NCBI GenBank assembly: GCA_963715335.1
Contig: CAVQRZ010000019.1
Coordinates: 1 to 64,000 of the forward strand
From: an uncultured delta proteobacterium
Lineage (GTDB): Bacteria > Desulfobacterota > Desulfuromonadia > Desulfuromonadales > BM103
Length of the DNA: 64,000 nt
Direction: 5' to 3'
Position numbers and translations under genes: made by a program. Each line of letters opens with the position of its first letter. Within the stretch, counting starts at the first letter, position 1. A model generated the notes under the pieces. The model searched no databases and was not told the DNA's origin. It saw only the letters and a list, made by a program, of their open reading frames with translations. Of the stretch, positions 9,706 to 20,841 are shown in pieces.

Positions 9706-10074
9706 TTACTCAAAGGCGCGTTGTATCGTTATCCAGAGCAAGTTGATAACCACAACCGAGAGGCCGATGATCAGGCCAGGGATGTGGATTTTTATGACTG
9801 CTATTAAAACCGCAAGGATTATCGCCAGCGCTGCCAGCCGGATGACATAGCCGAACTGGTAGCGAAATCCCGCGCCACCGGCCGTTTGCTCCATGAGCCG
9901 TCTCAGGGAGCGCTGCATCCAGAGAAAGCCGCCGATAGCGACCAGCCCGCCGGCCAGAATTCCCGCACTCAGAGCGAGATTGCCAACAGGCAGGCTGCCG
10001 ATCAGCAGCAGGGCCAGAATGATCCAGTTGCGCCGGGCCATCTGCGCGGGCAGCTGTTCAATCTGGACCATCAT
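9706..10074 (-). CDS. atpI: ATP synthase protein I
   Basis: 4 TM helices, located directly upstream of atpB. Confidence 0.8.
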   Translation of the reverse strand: MMVQIEQLPAQMARRNWIILALLLIGSLPVGNLALSAGILAGGLVAIGGFLWMQRSLRRLMEQTAGGAGFRYQFGYVIRLAALAIILAVLIAVIKIHIPGLIIGLSVVVINLLWITIQRAFE

Positions 10075-10321
10075 CCTTCTGGTCCTGTTCTTCTTCCTGT
10101 TCCTGTTCGCGCATAACGCGCCGGGTCAGAACGAAGATGTTGCGGAAGCCCGAGGCGATGCCGAACCCGAGCCAGATCAGGGTCATCCAGGGGGATGTTC
10201 CCAACCACTTGTCCAGGTAGTAGCCTATGAACAGGCCGATGAAAGAAGCTGCCACCATTGATATCCCAAGGCTTGATAAAAAGCCCAGAGATCTCATGAG
10301 TTGACGTTTGTCGTCGGCCAT
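10058..10321 (-). CDS. atpZ: AtpZ/AtpI family protein
   Basis: IGYYLDKWLGTSPW motif; start taken at MADDKRQ. Confidence 0.85.
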   Translation of the reverse strand: MADDKRQLMRSLGFLSSLGISMVAASFIGLFIGYYLDKWLGTSPWMTLIWLGFGIASGFRNIFVLTRRVMREQEQEEEQDQKDDGPD

Positions 10322-10420
10322 ATTGATTGTATGCAGAATACACCTGAATTTTAAGCCCACACTAAATAGCATAGGGCCTAATAGGTGTCAACCGCTTTCT
10401 AATCCTCGTTTGGGCGCTGT

Positions 10421-10687
10421 CTAATGTTCGTAAAACCACAGGGAAAGCAGGCCAAAGCCGACCATGGCAAGCAGTGAAGCCTGGTAGCCATAGTAAGGCC
10501 ACGCGACCTTGCCGGACGCTTCCCTGGTGACCTGACGATAGGTCTTCATATGCTTGTGAACCTGCCAGCGGATTTCAAAAAAACTGACTCTGATCCCGGC
10601 TGCGGCCAGTCCGCTCAAGAGCAGCAGGGAACAGGCAAAGTTGAAGAGTCCGGCAGCCAGGAAAGCGTAGAAAAAAGACTGTGCCAT
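10421..10687 (-). CDS. Small membrane hypothetical protein
   Basis: 88 aa, two hydrophobic segments, GAGG RBS. Confidence 0.6.
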   Translation of the reverse strand: MAQSFFYAFLAAGLFNFACSLLLLSGLAAAGIRVSFFEIRWQVHKHMKTYRQVTREASGKVAWPYYGYQASLLAMVGFGLLSLWFYEH

Positions 10688-10716
10688 AATATCCTCAACA
10701 GCCCGGCGACAGGAAC

Positions 10717-10926
10717 TCAGCGGATGGTAACCTGCTGGTCGCCGAAATCTACAATCTGGCCCGCCCGGATCTTGCAGCGCTTACGTGTTTCCACTGCGCC
10801 GTCTACCTGGACCAGGCCGTCGGCGATCAGCAGCTTTGCCACCCCGCCACTTTCGCAAAGGCCGGTTACTTTCAACAGGCTGTGCAGCTCAATGTAATCG
10901 TGTCCGGCGAGCTCAAATTCAAGCAT
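10717..10926 (-). CDS. RNA-binding S4 domain protein (YbcJ-like)
   Basis: YIELHSLLKVTGLCESGGVAKLLIADGLVQVDGAVETRKRCKI; start at MLEFEL. Confidence 0.88.
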   Translation of the reverse strand: MLEFELAGHDYIELHSLLKVTGLCESGGVAKLLIADGLVQVDGAVETRKRCKIRAGQIVDFGDQQVTIR

Positions 10927-10934
10927 CGTTACTT

Positions 10935-12665
10935 CTACTTGCCCCGCCGGTTGCGAGGCGCGGTCTTGTTCCCTTTTGGGTATCTGCCTTCGCCTTTCCT
11001 CGGCGCGTTCTTGCGCTTCGGCTTGTCGGTGGGCAGGGTCCGGTTGTCGTCCGCGGGGCTGATCTGTAACTGTTGCCCGCACACCCAGACTTTTTGCAGG
11101 TGGCGGAACAGCGACGGCGGCATCGACCTGGGGAGATCGACCAGGCAATAGTCATCATATATCTTGATCTGGCCGATGTCGCGACTTTTAATGTTGGCCT
11201 CGTTGGCGATGGCGCCGACGATGTGTTTCGGTTCTACCCCGTGGGTGCGACCGACTTCTATCCGGTAACGGGCCAGATTGCCGTCGGGGGAAGCGGAGCC
11301 TCTTTCGGTCCGCACCGGTTCGTCAACCTCTTCCGGTTCTTCCGTGCCATCGATCTGGAGCGGCTTGTCCTTCTGCAAGAGGTAGGCAAGGGTCGAAGCG
11401 ATTCTGCGCAGGCCGACATCATACTGATGCTGGTAGCTGTCAATCAGTTCTTCGAAGAACTCCAGGTCCTGGGACTCCATTGCTTCGGCAATCTGATCTT
11501 TGAAAAGGTCGATCCGGCGGTTGGAGATGTCCTTGCGGCTCGGCAGGCTCATTGCCGTGATCGGTTGACGGGTCGCTCGTTCGATAGCCGCCAGCATCCG
11601 TCGTTCACGCGGAGCAACAAACAGAATCGCCTGCCCTTCACGTCCGGCCCGCCCGGTTCGACCAATGCGATGTACGTAGGCTTCGGTATCGTATGGGATA
11701 TCGTAATTGACGACATGGCTGATGCGCTTCACGTCCAGGCCGCGGGCGGCAACGTCGGTGGCAACCACGATATCGAGAGCGCCGCTTTTTAGTTGATCCA
11801 CGGTCTTTTCCCGTAGCGCCTGGGTCATGTCCCCATTCAAGGGGGCGCAGGAAAAGCCGCGTGACTCGAGTTTCTCCGAAAGCTCCACCGTGGCTGTCTT
11901 GGTGCGGACGAAGACAAGCATCCCCTCGATCTCTTCCGCTTCGAGAATGCGGGTCAGGGCGTCCAACTTGTGCAGCCCCTTGACCTGCCAGAAACGTTGC
12001 ACGATCGTCTCCACGGTGGATGTCTTGGCCTTGATCTTGATCTCGACAGGGTCATTAAGGTACCGCTGGGCAATACGGTTGACCTCGTTCGGCATGGTTG
12101 CCGAAAAAAGCGCCGTCTGACGCTCTGGCGGGGTTTCTTTGAGGATCTGTTCAACATCGTCGATGAAACCCATGCGCAGCATTTCGTCGGCTTCGTCGAG
12201 AACTACACTGGACAGGTCGGTAAGGTTCAGGGTGCCGCGCCGCAAATGGTCCTGGATTCGCCCCGGAGTGCCGACGACGGCATGCACACCACGATGCAAC
12301 TGCCGCAACTGCTGGCTCATGCTCTGGCCACCATAAACCGGCAGAACCTGGAAGCCCTTCATGTGCCGGGCATAGGTACGGATCGCCTCGGACACCTGCA
12401 AGGCCAACTCGCGGGTGGGCGTGAGAACCAGTAGCTGCGGATGTTTTTTCTTCAGATCGAGGCGGCTCAGCAAGGGAAGTGCGAAGGCTGCGGTTTTCCC
12501 CGTGCCGGTCTGGGCCTGTCCAAGCAGGTCGCGTCCTTCGAGAAGCGGGGGAATGCTGCGAGCCTGGATCGGCGTTGGTGTCTCGTAGCCGACCTCGTTG
12601 ATGACCTTGTAGATTGCCGGGGCAAGGCCCAGTTCCTTGAAGCTGGTTATGTTGTCTTCTGTCAT
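10935..12665 (-). CDS. deaD: DEAD-box RNA helicase DeaD/CsdA with DbpA-type RNA-binding domain
   Basis: Q motif, AQTGTGKT, PTRELA, DEAD, SAT, HRIGRTGRAG; C-terminal YRIEVGRTHGVEPKHIVGAIANE. Confidence 0.93.
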   Translation of the reverse strand: MTEDNITSFKELGLAPAIYKVINEVGYETPTPIQARSIPPLLEGRDLLGQAQTGTGKTAAFALPLLSRLDLKKKHPQLLVLTPTRELALQVSEAIRTYARHMKGFQVLPVYGGQSMSQQLRQLHRGVHAVVGTPGRIQDHLRRGTLNLTDLSSVVLDEADEMLRMGFIDDVEQILKETPPERQTALFSATMPNEVNRIAQRYLNDPVEIKIKAKTSTVETIVQRFWQVKGLHKLDALTRILEAEEIEGMLVFVRTKTATVELSEKLESRGFSCAPLNGDMTQALREKTVDQLKSGALDIVVATDVAARGLDVKRISHVVNYDIPYDTEAYVHRIGRTGRAGREGQAILFVAPRERRMLAAIERATRQPITAMSLPSRKDISNRRIDLFKDQIAEAMESQDLEFFEELIDSYQHQYDVGLRRIASTLAYLLQKDKPLQIDGTEEPEEVDEPVRTERGSASPDGNLARYRIEVGRTHGVEPKHIVGAIANEANIKSRDIGQIKIYDDYCLVDLPRSMPPSLFRHLQKVWVCGQQLQISPADDNRTLPTDKPKRKNAPRKGEGRYPKGNKTAPRNRRGK

Positions 12666-12691
12666 GTGGTTTGTCCTGGTTCAGTCTATGG

Positions 12692-12715
12692 AAAAAGCCC
12701 GGACAAGGCCGGGCT
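12692..12715 (-). terminator. Terminator-like hairpin in the deaD leader
   Basis: - strand AGCCCGG-CCTTGT-CCGGGCT followed by TTTT, about 26 nt before the deaD ATG. Confidence 0.55.
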
Positions 12716-12776
12716 GCTTGCGTACCTGGGGGCAAATTATAAAAAATGGAATCGTCAGAAGTACGGGAAGGCGGAG

Positions 12777-12805
12777 AACTTAACCCATTAGCGGCACAAG
12801 TGCAA
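12777..12805 (-). promoter_or_regulatory. Putative sigma70 promoter of deaD
   Basis: TTGCAC-17 nt-TAAGTT on the - strand. Confidence 0.45.
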
Positions 12806-12868
12806 TACTTATTCGCCGGCGGAATGACGTCGACTACAATTTCCCGGGGGAATTCGAGGTCTGAGGTC

Positions 12869-13309
12869 CTAGCGCGAGCCGAGTTTGGCAAACAGGATGC
12901 CGGCAGCACGGTTCAGTACGTGATCGCGCGACAGGGAGGTGAAAACCGGCTGCCTGCGATAACCCAGCCGGATGAGTTCATCGATGATCGGCTGGTAGCG
13001 TTTGAACTTTAGCCCCTTGCGCAACGATTTTATGGCCTTGTTCTTGTGGCCGGCGACCAGGTAGACCCTGCTGAGGTGGTAATAGTGGTCAGGATTGTCC
13101 GGTTCCGCCTCAAGCGCTTCGCGACAGAGGGTCATGGCCTGCTGGTACTGTTTGCGCTCCTTGGCCAGGCAGTAGGCCAGCTTTGCTTTGACCGATGGCC
13201 TTGGATCGATAGCGTGCGCCATCTCAAACTGCACCAGGGCAACCAGAGTGTCGTCGGCGTTCAGGGAGAGGTCGCCCTTGTTGAGTAGCGTATCCAGCGC
13301 GTCTGGCAT
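12869..13309 (-). CDS. Tetratricopeptide repeat protein
   Basis: TPR-like helices (ALEAEPDNPDHYYHLSRVYL); start at MPDALD with GGAG RBS. Confidence 0.8.
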   Translation of the reverse strand: MPDALDTLLNKGDLSLNADDTLVALVQFEMAHAIDPRPSVKAKLAYCLAKERKQYQQAMTLCREALEAEPDNPDHYYHLSRVYLVAGHKNKAIKSLRKGLKFKRYQPIIDELIRLGYRRQPVFTSLSRDHVLNRAAGILFAKLGSR

Positions 13310-13730
13310 AATCTGGTCTCCGTTAATGTCTGGTCTCCGATTTCCTAGGTTAACCCAATCGACGGCTTTCGGCAATAGCCTCAGCCCTGTGCAACTAACA
13401 ATCCTCCAGCTTAACGATATCCTGAATACCCCGGCCTGCAATCTTCGAGCTTTCGTACCAATAGACGGGATTAGTGTTGCCTGAGTCTATCTACTGATGT
13501 ATTGTAAGGTGTTAATCTTGCAGTTAATTGTGCATGAGCAGTGGCCGCTTTCCAAGTCGTTGGCTCTCTTGACCACAGGTGAGTCGATGGACTGGTGTCG
13601 CCTGGCTTCTTGATGTAGTGAAGAACCCACGGGGCGAAGCGGCCTTGCTGATGGGCTGTCTCCCGGTCCAGGAGCTTTTGGGTTTGTAGGCAATCATTTT
13701 CACAACGCCTCAAGGAAGGATAATCGCTCC

Positions 13731-16094
13731 ATGAAGTTGAGGTCCAAAATTCTTCTGGCGCTGATCTCGGTCGGTGTCATCCCCTTGGTGATCGGACTCT
13801 GGGTGGTCGGCGGCATGGTCGCCAGTGAACTCGAAGTGCAGGTGCAGGTGCGGGCACGGGATTCAGCGAACGTTATCGAACAGACCACCTCCAAAGCATC
13901 GGCAGATGACTTGAAGTTGGTGGCGTTGCTTTCGGGTAACCCGTTTCTGGTCAATGCCGTCTATTCGGCTGGACTGAACAGCGATGTATCGCAGCTGACC
14001 AGCTTCCTGTACACCCTCGACAACCTGTCTTTCGATCAGCTGCAGGTCCTTGACAAGGGTGGTAAGCAGCTTCTTCGCGTGTTCATGAACGACAACCAGG
14101 AGGTCCCGTCAACGTCCGGAATTGAACATCCGGCGATCAAAGCCAGCCTGGATGGTGAGGCCTATGCCGAGAGCGGTCTGTTTGACGGCCACATGGCGAT
14201 CACCTCGGCGGCGCCGATCAGTATGTACGGTGAGCCGATCGGTCACCTGGTCGCCGTCACCTATTTTGACAAGAAACTGGCGACGAGCCTGAAGGCACTG
14301 AGTCATATGGAGATCGCCTTTTTTAACCAAGACGGGATCATTGCAGCGACTGCGCCCGAGTTGAACACCGTCGATTTACAGACCATCCTCACTTCCAACA
14401 GCGATGTCAAAGAGATCAACGGCAAAAAGCACCTCATCACCCATAAAGCGATTGCCGGCAAGGATCACGGCGTGCTCATCGCCCTGGATATCTCGGCGCT
14501 GGATAACGCCAAGTCGAACCTGTTAAACGCCATGATCATCACTGCGCTGATCATGACCAGCGTTTCGGTCCTGGTCGGGCTGCTGGTCTCGACAGGGATC
14601 GTGCGTCCCCTGCGTGAAGTCGTCGCGACCTTGAGGGAAATCTCTACGGGGAGCGGTGACCTGACCCGGGAACTGGCAGTCCGCACCTCCGATGAAATCG
14701 GTGAACTCTCCGGGTGTTTCAATGCATTCCTGGCCAGGCAGAGGGAAATGGTCGGCCGGATTCGCGCCGTGACCGAGGATCTGGGCAAGGCGAACGAACA
14801 GATTCGCGGCGCCTCACACGAAGTCATGGAAGGCGCTGTGAGCCAGTCGCAGGCCCTGGAAGAATCGTCAAAGGGGATTGAGGGGATCGACGAGGCGGCC
14901 GGAGGGATTGCCGAGAGCACCGGCAGCCTGGTGAGGTCGGTCGAAGAGAGCTCCTCGGCAACCCTGGAGCTGGGGGCGACGATCGAAGAGATTGCCGGCC
15001 AGATGGAGAAACTTTTTTCAACGGTTGACGAGGTCTCCAGTTCGATCAACGAGATGTCGGTCTCCAGTCAGGAGGTTTCCGAGAATGTCGGGATTCTCTC
15101 CTCGTCAACGGAGGTGACCGTCTCCTCGATGCTGGAGATGGACGCCTCGATCAAGGAGATCGAACATAACGCCGCACAGACCAGCAAACTCGCCAGTGAG
15201 GCTGCCGAAGACGCCCAGCGCGGCATGCAGACAGTTGATGAAACGATCAAGGGGATCGAGTCGATCCAGAAAACGGTGGATCGTGCCAGTCATGCGATCA
15301 AGGAGCTGGGTGACAAATCGAGCGCGATCGGCAAGATCCTGACCGTTATCGACGAGGTGGCTGATCAAACCAGCCTGCTTGCCCTGAATGCTGCAATCAT
15401 TGCCGCCCAGGCCGGAGAACACGGCAAGGGCTTTGCGGTGGTCGCCGATGAGATTCGCGAGCTGGCCGAACGGACCGCGATTTCGACGCGTGAAATCGGT
15501 ACTATCATCAGCAACCTCCAGGAGGGGACCCAGGAAGCGGTTCTGGCGATGCAGGATGGAAGCGAGCAGGTTTACGCAGAAGTCAAGCGTTCCAAGGCCT
15601 CCAGTGCCGCGCTGGAGAAGATTCGCAGCAGTACGCTGAAAGCGATGGAGCAGGTCAACAGCATCGTCCGCGCCACCGAAGAGCAGTCCCGCGGCAGCCG
15701 ACAGGTGACCGATTCGATGAACCAGGTCGCTTCCATGCTGGAGCAGATCGCCACGGCTGTCAACCAGCAGAATTCGGGGATCAGGCAACTTGCCGAGAGT
15801 GCGGAGCTGATGCGGGATATTGCCGCCCATGGCAAACAGAGTACCAGCGAGCAGTCCAAAGGCAGTAAGCAGATCAATGCGAACATGGAGCAGATCCGTA
15901 CGATGATCTCAATCATCGACGATGCCACCCGGGCGTTGACACAACGCAGTCGCGATGTCGTCGATGCCGTCGGCAGCGTCCACAAGGTTGCCGAAAGCAA
16001 TGCCAGCCGGACCGCAGAACTCGATCACGTGGTCGAGACCTTGAACCGCCTGACGATGGCTCTGGAAGAGGAGGTCGGGGTCTTCAAAACATGA
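13731..16094 (+). CDS. Methyl-accepting chemotaxis protein (periplasmic sensor, HAMP, long signalling domain)
   Basis: 2 TM, HAMP (DEIGELS), hairpin tip [37 protein letters not shown]. Confidence 0.93.
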   Translation: MKLRSKILLALISVGVIPLVIGLWVVGGMVASELEVQVQVRARDSANVIEQTTSKASADDLKLVALLSGNPFLVNAVYSAGLNSDVSQLTSFLYTLDNLSFDQLQVLDKGGKQLLRVFMNDNQEVPSTSGIEHPAIKASLDGEAYAESGLFDGHMAITSAAPISMYGEPIGHLVAVTYFDKKLATSLKALSHMEIAFFNQDGIIAATAPELNTVDLQTILTSNSDVKEINGKKHLITHKAIAGKDHGVLIALDISALDNAKSNLLNAMIITALIMTSVSVLVGLLVSTGIVRPLREVVATLREISTGSGDLTRELAVRTSDEIGELSGCFNAFLARQREMVGRIRAVTEDLGKANEQIRGASHEVMEGAVSQSQALEESSKGIEGIDEAAGGIAESTGSLVRSVEESSSATLELGATIEEIAGQMEKLFSTVDEVSSSINEMSVSSQEVSENVGILSSSTEVTVSSMLEMDASIKEIEHNAAQTSKLASEAAEDAQRGMQTVDETIKGIESIQKTVDRASHAIKELGDKSSAIGKILTVIDEVADQTSLLALNAAIIAAQAGEHGKGFAVVADEIRELAERTAISTREIGTIISNLQEGTQEAVLAMQDGSEQVYAEVKRSKASSAALEKIRSSTLKAMEQVNSIVRATEEQSRGSRQVTDSMNQVASMLEQIATAVNQQNSGIRQLAESAELMRDIAAHGKQSTSEQSKGSKQINANMEQIRTMISIIDDATRALTQRSRDVVDAVGSVHKVAESNASRTAELDHVVETLNRLTMALEEEVGVFKT

Positions 16095-16888
16095 CCGGCC
16101 CGAACCTCAAGCTGACGGTGCTCGGTTCTGGAACCAGTACCGGTGTGCCGGTGCTTGGTTGTCACTGCGCCGTCTGCTCATCATCCGAACCGCGGAACAA
16201 CAGGACTCGCTGCAGCGCCTTGCTCGAATGGGCTGGGCGCAAAATCCTGGTCGACACCGCCACGGATTTTCGGCAGCAGGCGCTCCGTCAGGGCCTCGAT
16301 CATATTGACTGCGTCCTGTATACCCATGCCCATGCTGACCATGTACACGGTATCGACGATTTAAGAACCTTTACGCTGAGGACCGGCACCGCGATTCCGA
16401 TTTACGCTGCGCGCGGAGTGCTCGACCGGATTCAGGGCCTGTTCAGTTATATTTTCAGCGAAACCGATGCCCCGGGGTATCGGCCACGTCTGGAGGTCAA
16501 CGAAGTCCGTGGGCCATTCAAACTGTTTGGCCAGGTGGTGACTCCAATTCCCCTGGTGCACGGGCCCGGTGAGTCGCTCGGCTACCGGGTCGGCAACCTG
16601 GCTTACGTGGTCGACTGCAGCGCGATCCCGGGATCGTCGTGGCGGCTGCTCGAAGGGGTGGAAATCCTGGTGATCGACGCGTTGCGGTTTCGTGAACACG
16701 ATTCCCATTTCACGATCAGTGCGGCAATAGAGGTCGCCCGGCAGCTGAAGGTGCCGAAGACCCTGTTGACACACCTGACCCATGATATTGATTACCCCCG
16801 GCATTCCGCCGGGTTACCCGAAGGCGTTGAATTCGCCTATGACGGCCAGACGCTGACGCTCCCTTTGCCGGCGGCACAAGAGCAATAA
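16091..16888 (+). CDS. MBL-fold metallohydrolase, PhnP-like (resembles the Geobacter GPMC-cluster hydrolase)
   Basis: [19 protein letters not shown] metal motif, THLTH, AYDG. Confidence 0.88.
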   Translation: MTGPNLKLTVLGSGTSTGVPVLGCHCAVCSSSEPRNNRTRCSALLEWAGRKILVDTATDFRQQALRQGLDHIDCVLYTHAHADHVHGIDDLRTFTLRTGTAIPIYAARGVLDRIQGLFSYIFSETDAPGYRPRLEVNEVRGPFKLFGQVVTPIPLVHGPGESLGYRVGNLAYVVDCSAIPGSSWRLLEGVEILVIDALRFREHDSHFTISAAIEVARQLKVPKTLLTHLTHDIDYPRHSAGLPEGVEFAYDGQTLTLPLPAAQEQ

Positions 16889-16892
16889 GGTC

Positions 16893-18731
16893 ATGTCGAA
16901 GAAACACCAGGAAATAAGGCTGCACGGACATCTCGATGACACCATCGAGTATTTCGCCATGGCGGCCGCCCCAGATGCCTACAGTCGCTACTTCTTTGAG
17001 GCGGGCAATGATGCCCTGCGGTTTTTTTCGCCGGGCAATGAGTTCATCCTCGGGCCTGCCCAGGTCAGCCATCGAGGCAATGGCGGCTCTTTTTGCGAAT
17101 ACATGTTCGGTGTCGACCAGCCGTTTTCCGATCTTGCCAAGACCGATGTGCGCAACCGCCTGGTCCTCTATGGCGCATTCTACAAAGGCGATGGCAGCCA
17201 GCTTGATTTCACCTCGAAAACAGATGGCCAGAACAGCTACGAACAACTCTTTTTCGAAGGCAATGCCACGGTCAATTATTTCTTCTTCGTGACCGGCTCG
17301 GTTTCCGGCACGCTACAGGAACAGCAGGAGAACATTGCACGGCTGCTCGGTAAAACACTCAAGCGCTCGGAGAACGTCGGTTTCGGTGATGATACGGCCC
17401 TGCTCGACGAGATTTACGCTATGCTCGGGCACCGCAGTTCGCTTTACCTGATTAAGCTGATCCACAAGAAACACAGGCGTTATCACGATACTTTCAAAGA
17501 GCTGTATTTCGAATACAGGGCGATTCCCGATCACGAATTCGCCAAGTTGCAGGAGCTCGCCGACGAACTCGAGATTGACCGATACCAGCAGGAACGAATC
17601 CGGATCGATGTCATGTACAAACATCTGGACAACCAGAGGATCGTCGACGAATACAAGAACATCCTGATTGAGTGTAACCTGAAGGGGAGCATCAACCAGC
17701 TCGAGAATGCCCGCCTGACACGTCTGAAGACCTTGTCGGTGCGCAACAAGATCCCGTCTGCGCTCTTCTACACACTCGACAAGATGCTCAAGCATGACAA
17801 ACTGGTCGATCTGGACGAGCAGGATTACCTAGCAGAAACCCGTCAGGTCCTCGAGGGGATCTTTTTTGCCGAGGCCAAGATTGATGCGAGCATCACCTCC
17901 GAGGATATGTCCCTGTTGCTGCATGCCAAGCGGCAGGCAAGTGAGAATCGCGACCACACCTTTGACCATATCCTGCTGGAAACCGGCAGAGCGTGTGACG
18001 AGAAGATCCATGAGGGGGCAGACCTGACCCTGCTGGAACATTTCTCTTACATCATCACTTATTTTGACCGCTACGATAACACCTCGTCGGTGATCAACCA
18101 GTTGGCGTTCATGGAAAGCGTCCAGTTCGGCGAGGAACATATTCGCAGCCTGCTGGGCAACAAGAAGGCCTTTGACGAGCTTGATCCGAAACTCTGGACG
18201 GAGCTCTTCTTCAAGCAGGTTTTCGGCAACAAGTACCTCGGCCAGTTCGGCCGCAAGAAAGTGGCCTGTCTGCAGAAAGGGTTGACCCATATCGAGGACG
18301 GTCGTCTGACGATCAAGGCCCTGGTTGACCAGTTGCACCTGATTGAAAAAGAGGAGCGCCTCAATACGCTCCTTCTGTCCCATGTCAAGGAGCGCATCCG
18401 CAACTTCTATTCCAAGTACAACACCCGCGTGGAGCAGGAGGCCCTGCTGGTCGAGATTGCCGACGAGCTCTACAACAAAGGGATCTACACCGGCGATATT
18501 CCCCTCGCCAAGTTCTACAACGTGGTGGTCAGCATCAAGAAGGAAGCGGTCTACATTCACAACCTGCTGCCCAAGATCATCGCCGAGCGCAATACGATGC
18601 TACGTGAGGATTTCCTCGACAATAGCGGCCTCGATCGTTTCTACGTTGAAGAGCTCGAGCGCGAATATTTCTCGCTTAACAACCTTGACCTGCAAGACCT
18701 TTACTCAATCCGCAAAGGCCTGGCGGACTGA
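16893..18731 (+). CDS. Conserved Desulfuromonadales protein (TIGR04442-like)
   Basis: 612 aa soluble; [50 protein letters not shown]; family recognised from memory. Confidence 0.7.
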   Translation: MSKKHQEIRLHGHLDDTIEYFAMAAAPDAYSRYFFEAGNDALRFFSPGNEFILGPAQVSHRGNGGSFCEYMFGVDQPFSDLAKTDVRNRLVLYGAFYKGDGSQLDFTSKTDGQNSYEQLFFEGNATVNYFFFVTGSVSGTLQEQQENIARLLGKTLKRSENVGFGDDTALLDEIYAMLGHRSSLYLIKLIHKKHRRYHDTFKELYFEYRAIPDHEFAKLQELADELEIDRYQQERIRIDVMYKHLDNQRIVDEYKNILIECNLKGSINQLENARLTRLKTLSVRNKIPSALFYTLDKMLKHDKLVDLDEQDYLAETRQVLEGIFFAEAKIDASITSEDMSLLLHAKRQASENRDHTFDHILLETGRACDEKIHEGADLTLLEHFSYIITYFDRYDNTSSVINQLAFMESVQFGEEHIRSLLGNKKAFDELDPKLWTELFFKQVFGNKYLGQFGRKKVACLQKGLTHIEDGRLTIKALVDQLHLIEKEERLNTLLLSHVKERIRNFYSKYNTRVEQEALLVEIADELYNKGIYTGDIPLAKFYNVVVSIKKEAVYIHNLLPKIIAERNTMLREDFLDNSGLDRFYVEELEREYFSLNNLDLQDLYSIRKGLAD

Positions 18732-18757
18732 TCCCCGCTCTCAGACTGATTCCTTAT

Positions 18758-20824
18758 ATGAGCCAACCAGCCCTCAACAAGATTCGCAATATCGGCATAA
18801 TCTCACATATTGATGCCGGCAAGACCACGGTTTCCGAGCGCATCCTCTACTACTGCGGCGAAATCCACAAACTCGGTGAAGTCCATGACGGCATGGCAAC
18901 CATGGACTGGATGTCCCAGGAGCAGGCTCGCGGTATCACCATCACTGCGACCAGCACCACCTGCCGCTGGCAGGATATCTGGATCAACCTGATCGATACG
19001 CCGGGGCATATCGATTTCACCATAGAGGTGGAACGTTCCCTGCGGGTGCTTGACGGCGCCGTCGTCATCTTCAGCGCGGTGGAAGGGGTCCAGCCGCAAA
19101 GTGAGTCTGTCTGGCATCAGGCGAACCGTTATAACGTGCCGCGCATCTGCCTGATCAACAAGATGGATCGGGTCGGCGCCGATCACCAGGCGGTTTTGCG
19201 GCAGATGCAGGAGAGGCTTGGCGCCCGCCCGGTCCTGATGCAGTTGCCGGTCGGCGCGGAGGGAGATTTCAACAGCGTCATTGACCTTATCGACGGCTGT
19301 GAACTGACCTTTGATGAAAGCGTGCTGGGTGCGGCAGTGGCCTGCTTGCCGATTCCTGTTGAACAGAAGGATGCCATTGCGCAGGCCCGGGAAGCGGTGG
19401 TCGAAGCTGCCGCAGACTGGGATGATGAACTGCTCGCCGATTTCCTGGACGGCAAGGAGATTGCTGCTGAGCGGATTCGGCCGGCGCTACGCAGGGGCGT
19501 TTTGGCCGGTGAGCTTTTCCCGGTCTTCCTCGGCTCCGCGTTGCGCAACAAAGGGGTTCAGCCGGTTCTCGATGCCGTGATCGACCTGCTGCCTTCACCA
19601 CTTGACCTGCCGCCGGTTATGGCCCATCGTCCCGGGGACAGTGAGGAACTTTTGCTGACCTGTGACAAAACCGGCCCCTTTTGCGCCCTGGCCTTCAAGG
19701 TGCTTGCTGACGAAGGCCGCAAACTGACCTACCTGCGCATTTATTCTGGCCAGCTTAAGGCCGGCGAGACCCTTTTGAATTCCACCCGGAACGTTCAGGA
19801 GCGTGCCGCGCGCCTGTTCCGCATGCACGCGCACAAGCGCGAACGGATTGACGTCGCACATGCCGGTGATATCGTTGCTGCGGCGGGACTCAAGGAGGCC
19901 TTGACCGGTGACTCCCTCTGCAGCGCCGGGCAGCCCCTGCTGCTGGCCGGGCTGGCGGTGCCGGAGCCGGTCGTCTCCCTGGCGGTGGAGCCGAAACAGA
20001 TGCAGGACCGTGACCGGCTGTTCCTGTCGCTGGAGAAATTGCAATGGGAGGACCCGACCTTCAGGGTGCGTGAAGACGAGGATACCGGCCAGACGGTTCT
20101 GACCGGTATGGGCGAGTTGCATCTTGAGGTCGTGCTGCGCAGGCTGGCTGATGATTTTGGTGTCGAAGTGAGCGCCGGGCAGCCGCAGGTTGTTTACCGC
20201 GAAAGCGTATCGACCGAAGTCCGCCACACCGAAGTCTTCGAGCGGGAGATCGATGGCAAGGTCCAAAGGGCTGAAGTCACTCTCCTGGTCGCGCCCCGCG
20301 AGCGTGGTGCCGGGATCGAAATCACCGTGCCTCCACCTGATACGGAAGGCTTGAGTGCCGAGATCCGCCAGGCCCTCGAGCAGACCCTGAATATGGCAGT
20401 ACAGTCCGGCGTGCAGCTCGGCTACCCGATGGTCGACCTGTCCATTGTTGTCGAACAGGTCCCGGTTACGCTCGGGGAGACCACGCCCCTCGGTGTCCGG
20501 GCTGCCGCACAGCGCGGCCTGACCCTGGCGGCCCGTGCCGCAAAGCCGGTGCTTCTCGAGCCGGTCATGGCGCTGGAAATCACGGTCCCGAATGAATTCT
20601 CCGGCAAGGTGCTCGGCGGACTGCAGCAGAAAAGAGGCCGCGTCGAGGGTATGGAGTCCCGGGATGTCGTCGATATGGTCAGGGCTTATGTCCCCCTCGC
20701 CGAGATGTTCGGCTACATGACCGAGCTGCGCAGTGCGAGCCAGGGGCGGGGATCATTTACCATGGAGTTCAGTCACTACGACCGGGCTCCGGATGCAATT
20801 TTGGCAAAGTTCGGTTTAAAGTAA
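18758..20824 (+). CDS. fusA: Elongation factor G paralog (EF-G2-like, outside the str operon)
   Basis: [41 protein letters not shown]. Confidence 0.9.
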   Translation: MSQPALNKIRNIGIISHIDAGKTTVSERILYYCGEIHKLGEVHDGMATMDWMSQEQARGITITATSTTCRWQDIWINLIDTPGHIDFTIEVERSLRVLDGAVVIFSAVEGVQPQSESVWHQANRYNVPRICLINKMDRVGADHQAVLRQMQERLGARPVLMQLPVGAEGDFNSVIDLIDGCELTFDESVLGAAVACLPIPVEQKDAIAQAREAVVEAAADWDDELLADFLDGKEIAAERIRPALRRGVLAGELFPVFLGSALRNKGVQPVLDAVIDLLPSPLDLPPVMAHRPGDSEELLLTCDKTGPFCALAFKVLADEGRKLTYLRIYSGQLKAGETLLNSTRNVQERAARLFRMHAHKRERIDVAHAGDIVAAAGLKEALTGDSLCSAGQPLLLAGLAVPEPVVSLAVEPKQMQDRDRLFLSLEKLQWEDPTFRVREDEDTGQTVLTGMGELHLEVVLRRLADDFGVEVSAGQPQVVYRESVSTEVRHTEVFEREIDGKVQRAEVTLLVAPRERGAGIEITVPPPDTEGLSAEIRQALEQTLNMAVQSGVQLGYPMVDLSIVVEQVPVTLGETTPLGVRAAAQRGLTLAARAAKPVLLEPVMALEITVPNEFSGKVLGGLQQKRGRVEGMESRDVVDMVRAYVPLAEMFGYMTELRSASQGRGSFTMEFSHYDRAPDAILAKFGLK

Positions 20825-20841
20825 ATCTTACAGGGAAATCT

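Noticed and set aside
8675..10321. atp operon lacking F1 and b-subunit genes
   Set aside because: A split atp operon is normal in this lineage
13310..13730. Possible cyclic-dinucleotide (GEMM) riboswitch or sigma28 promoter before the MCP
   Set aside because: No convincing match to either consensus on either strand by eye; needs an Rfam scan
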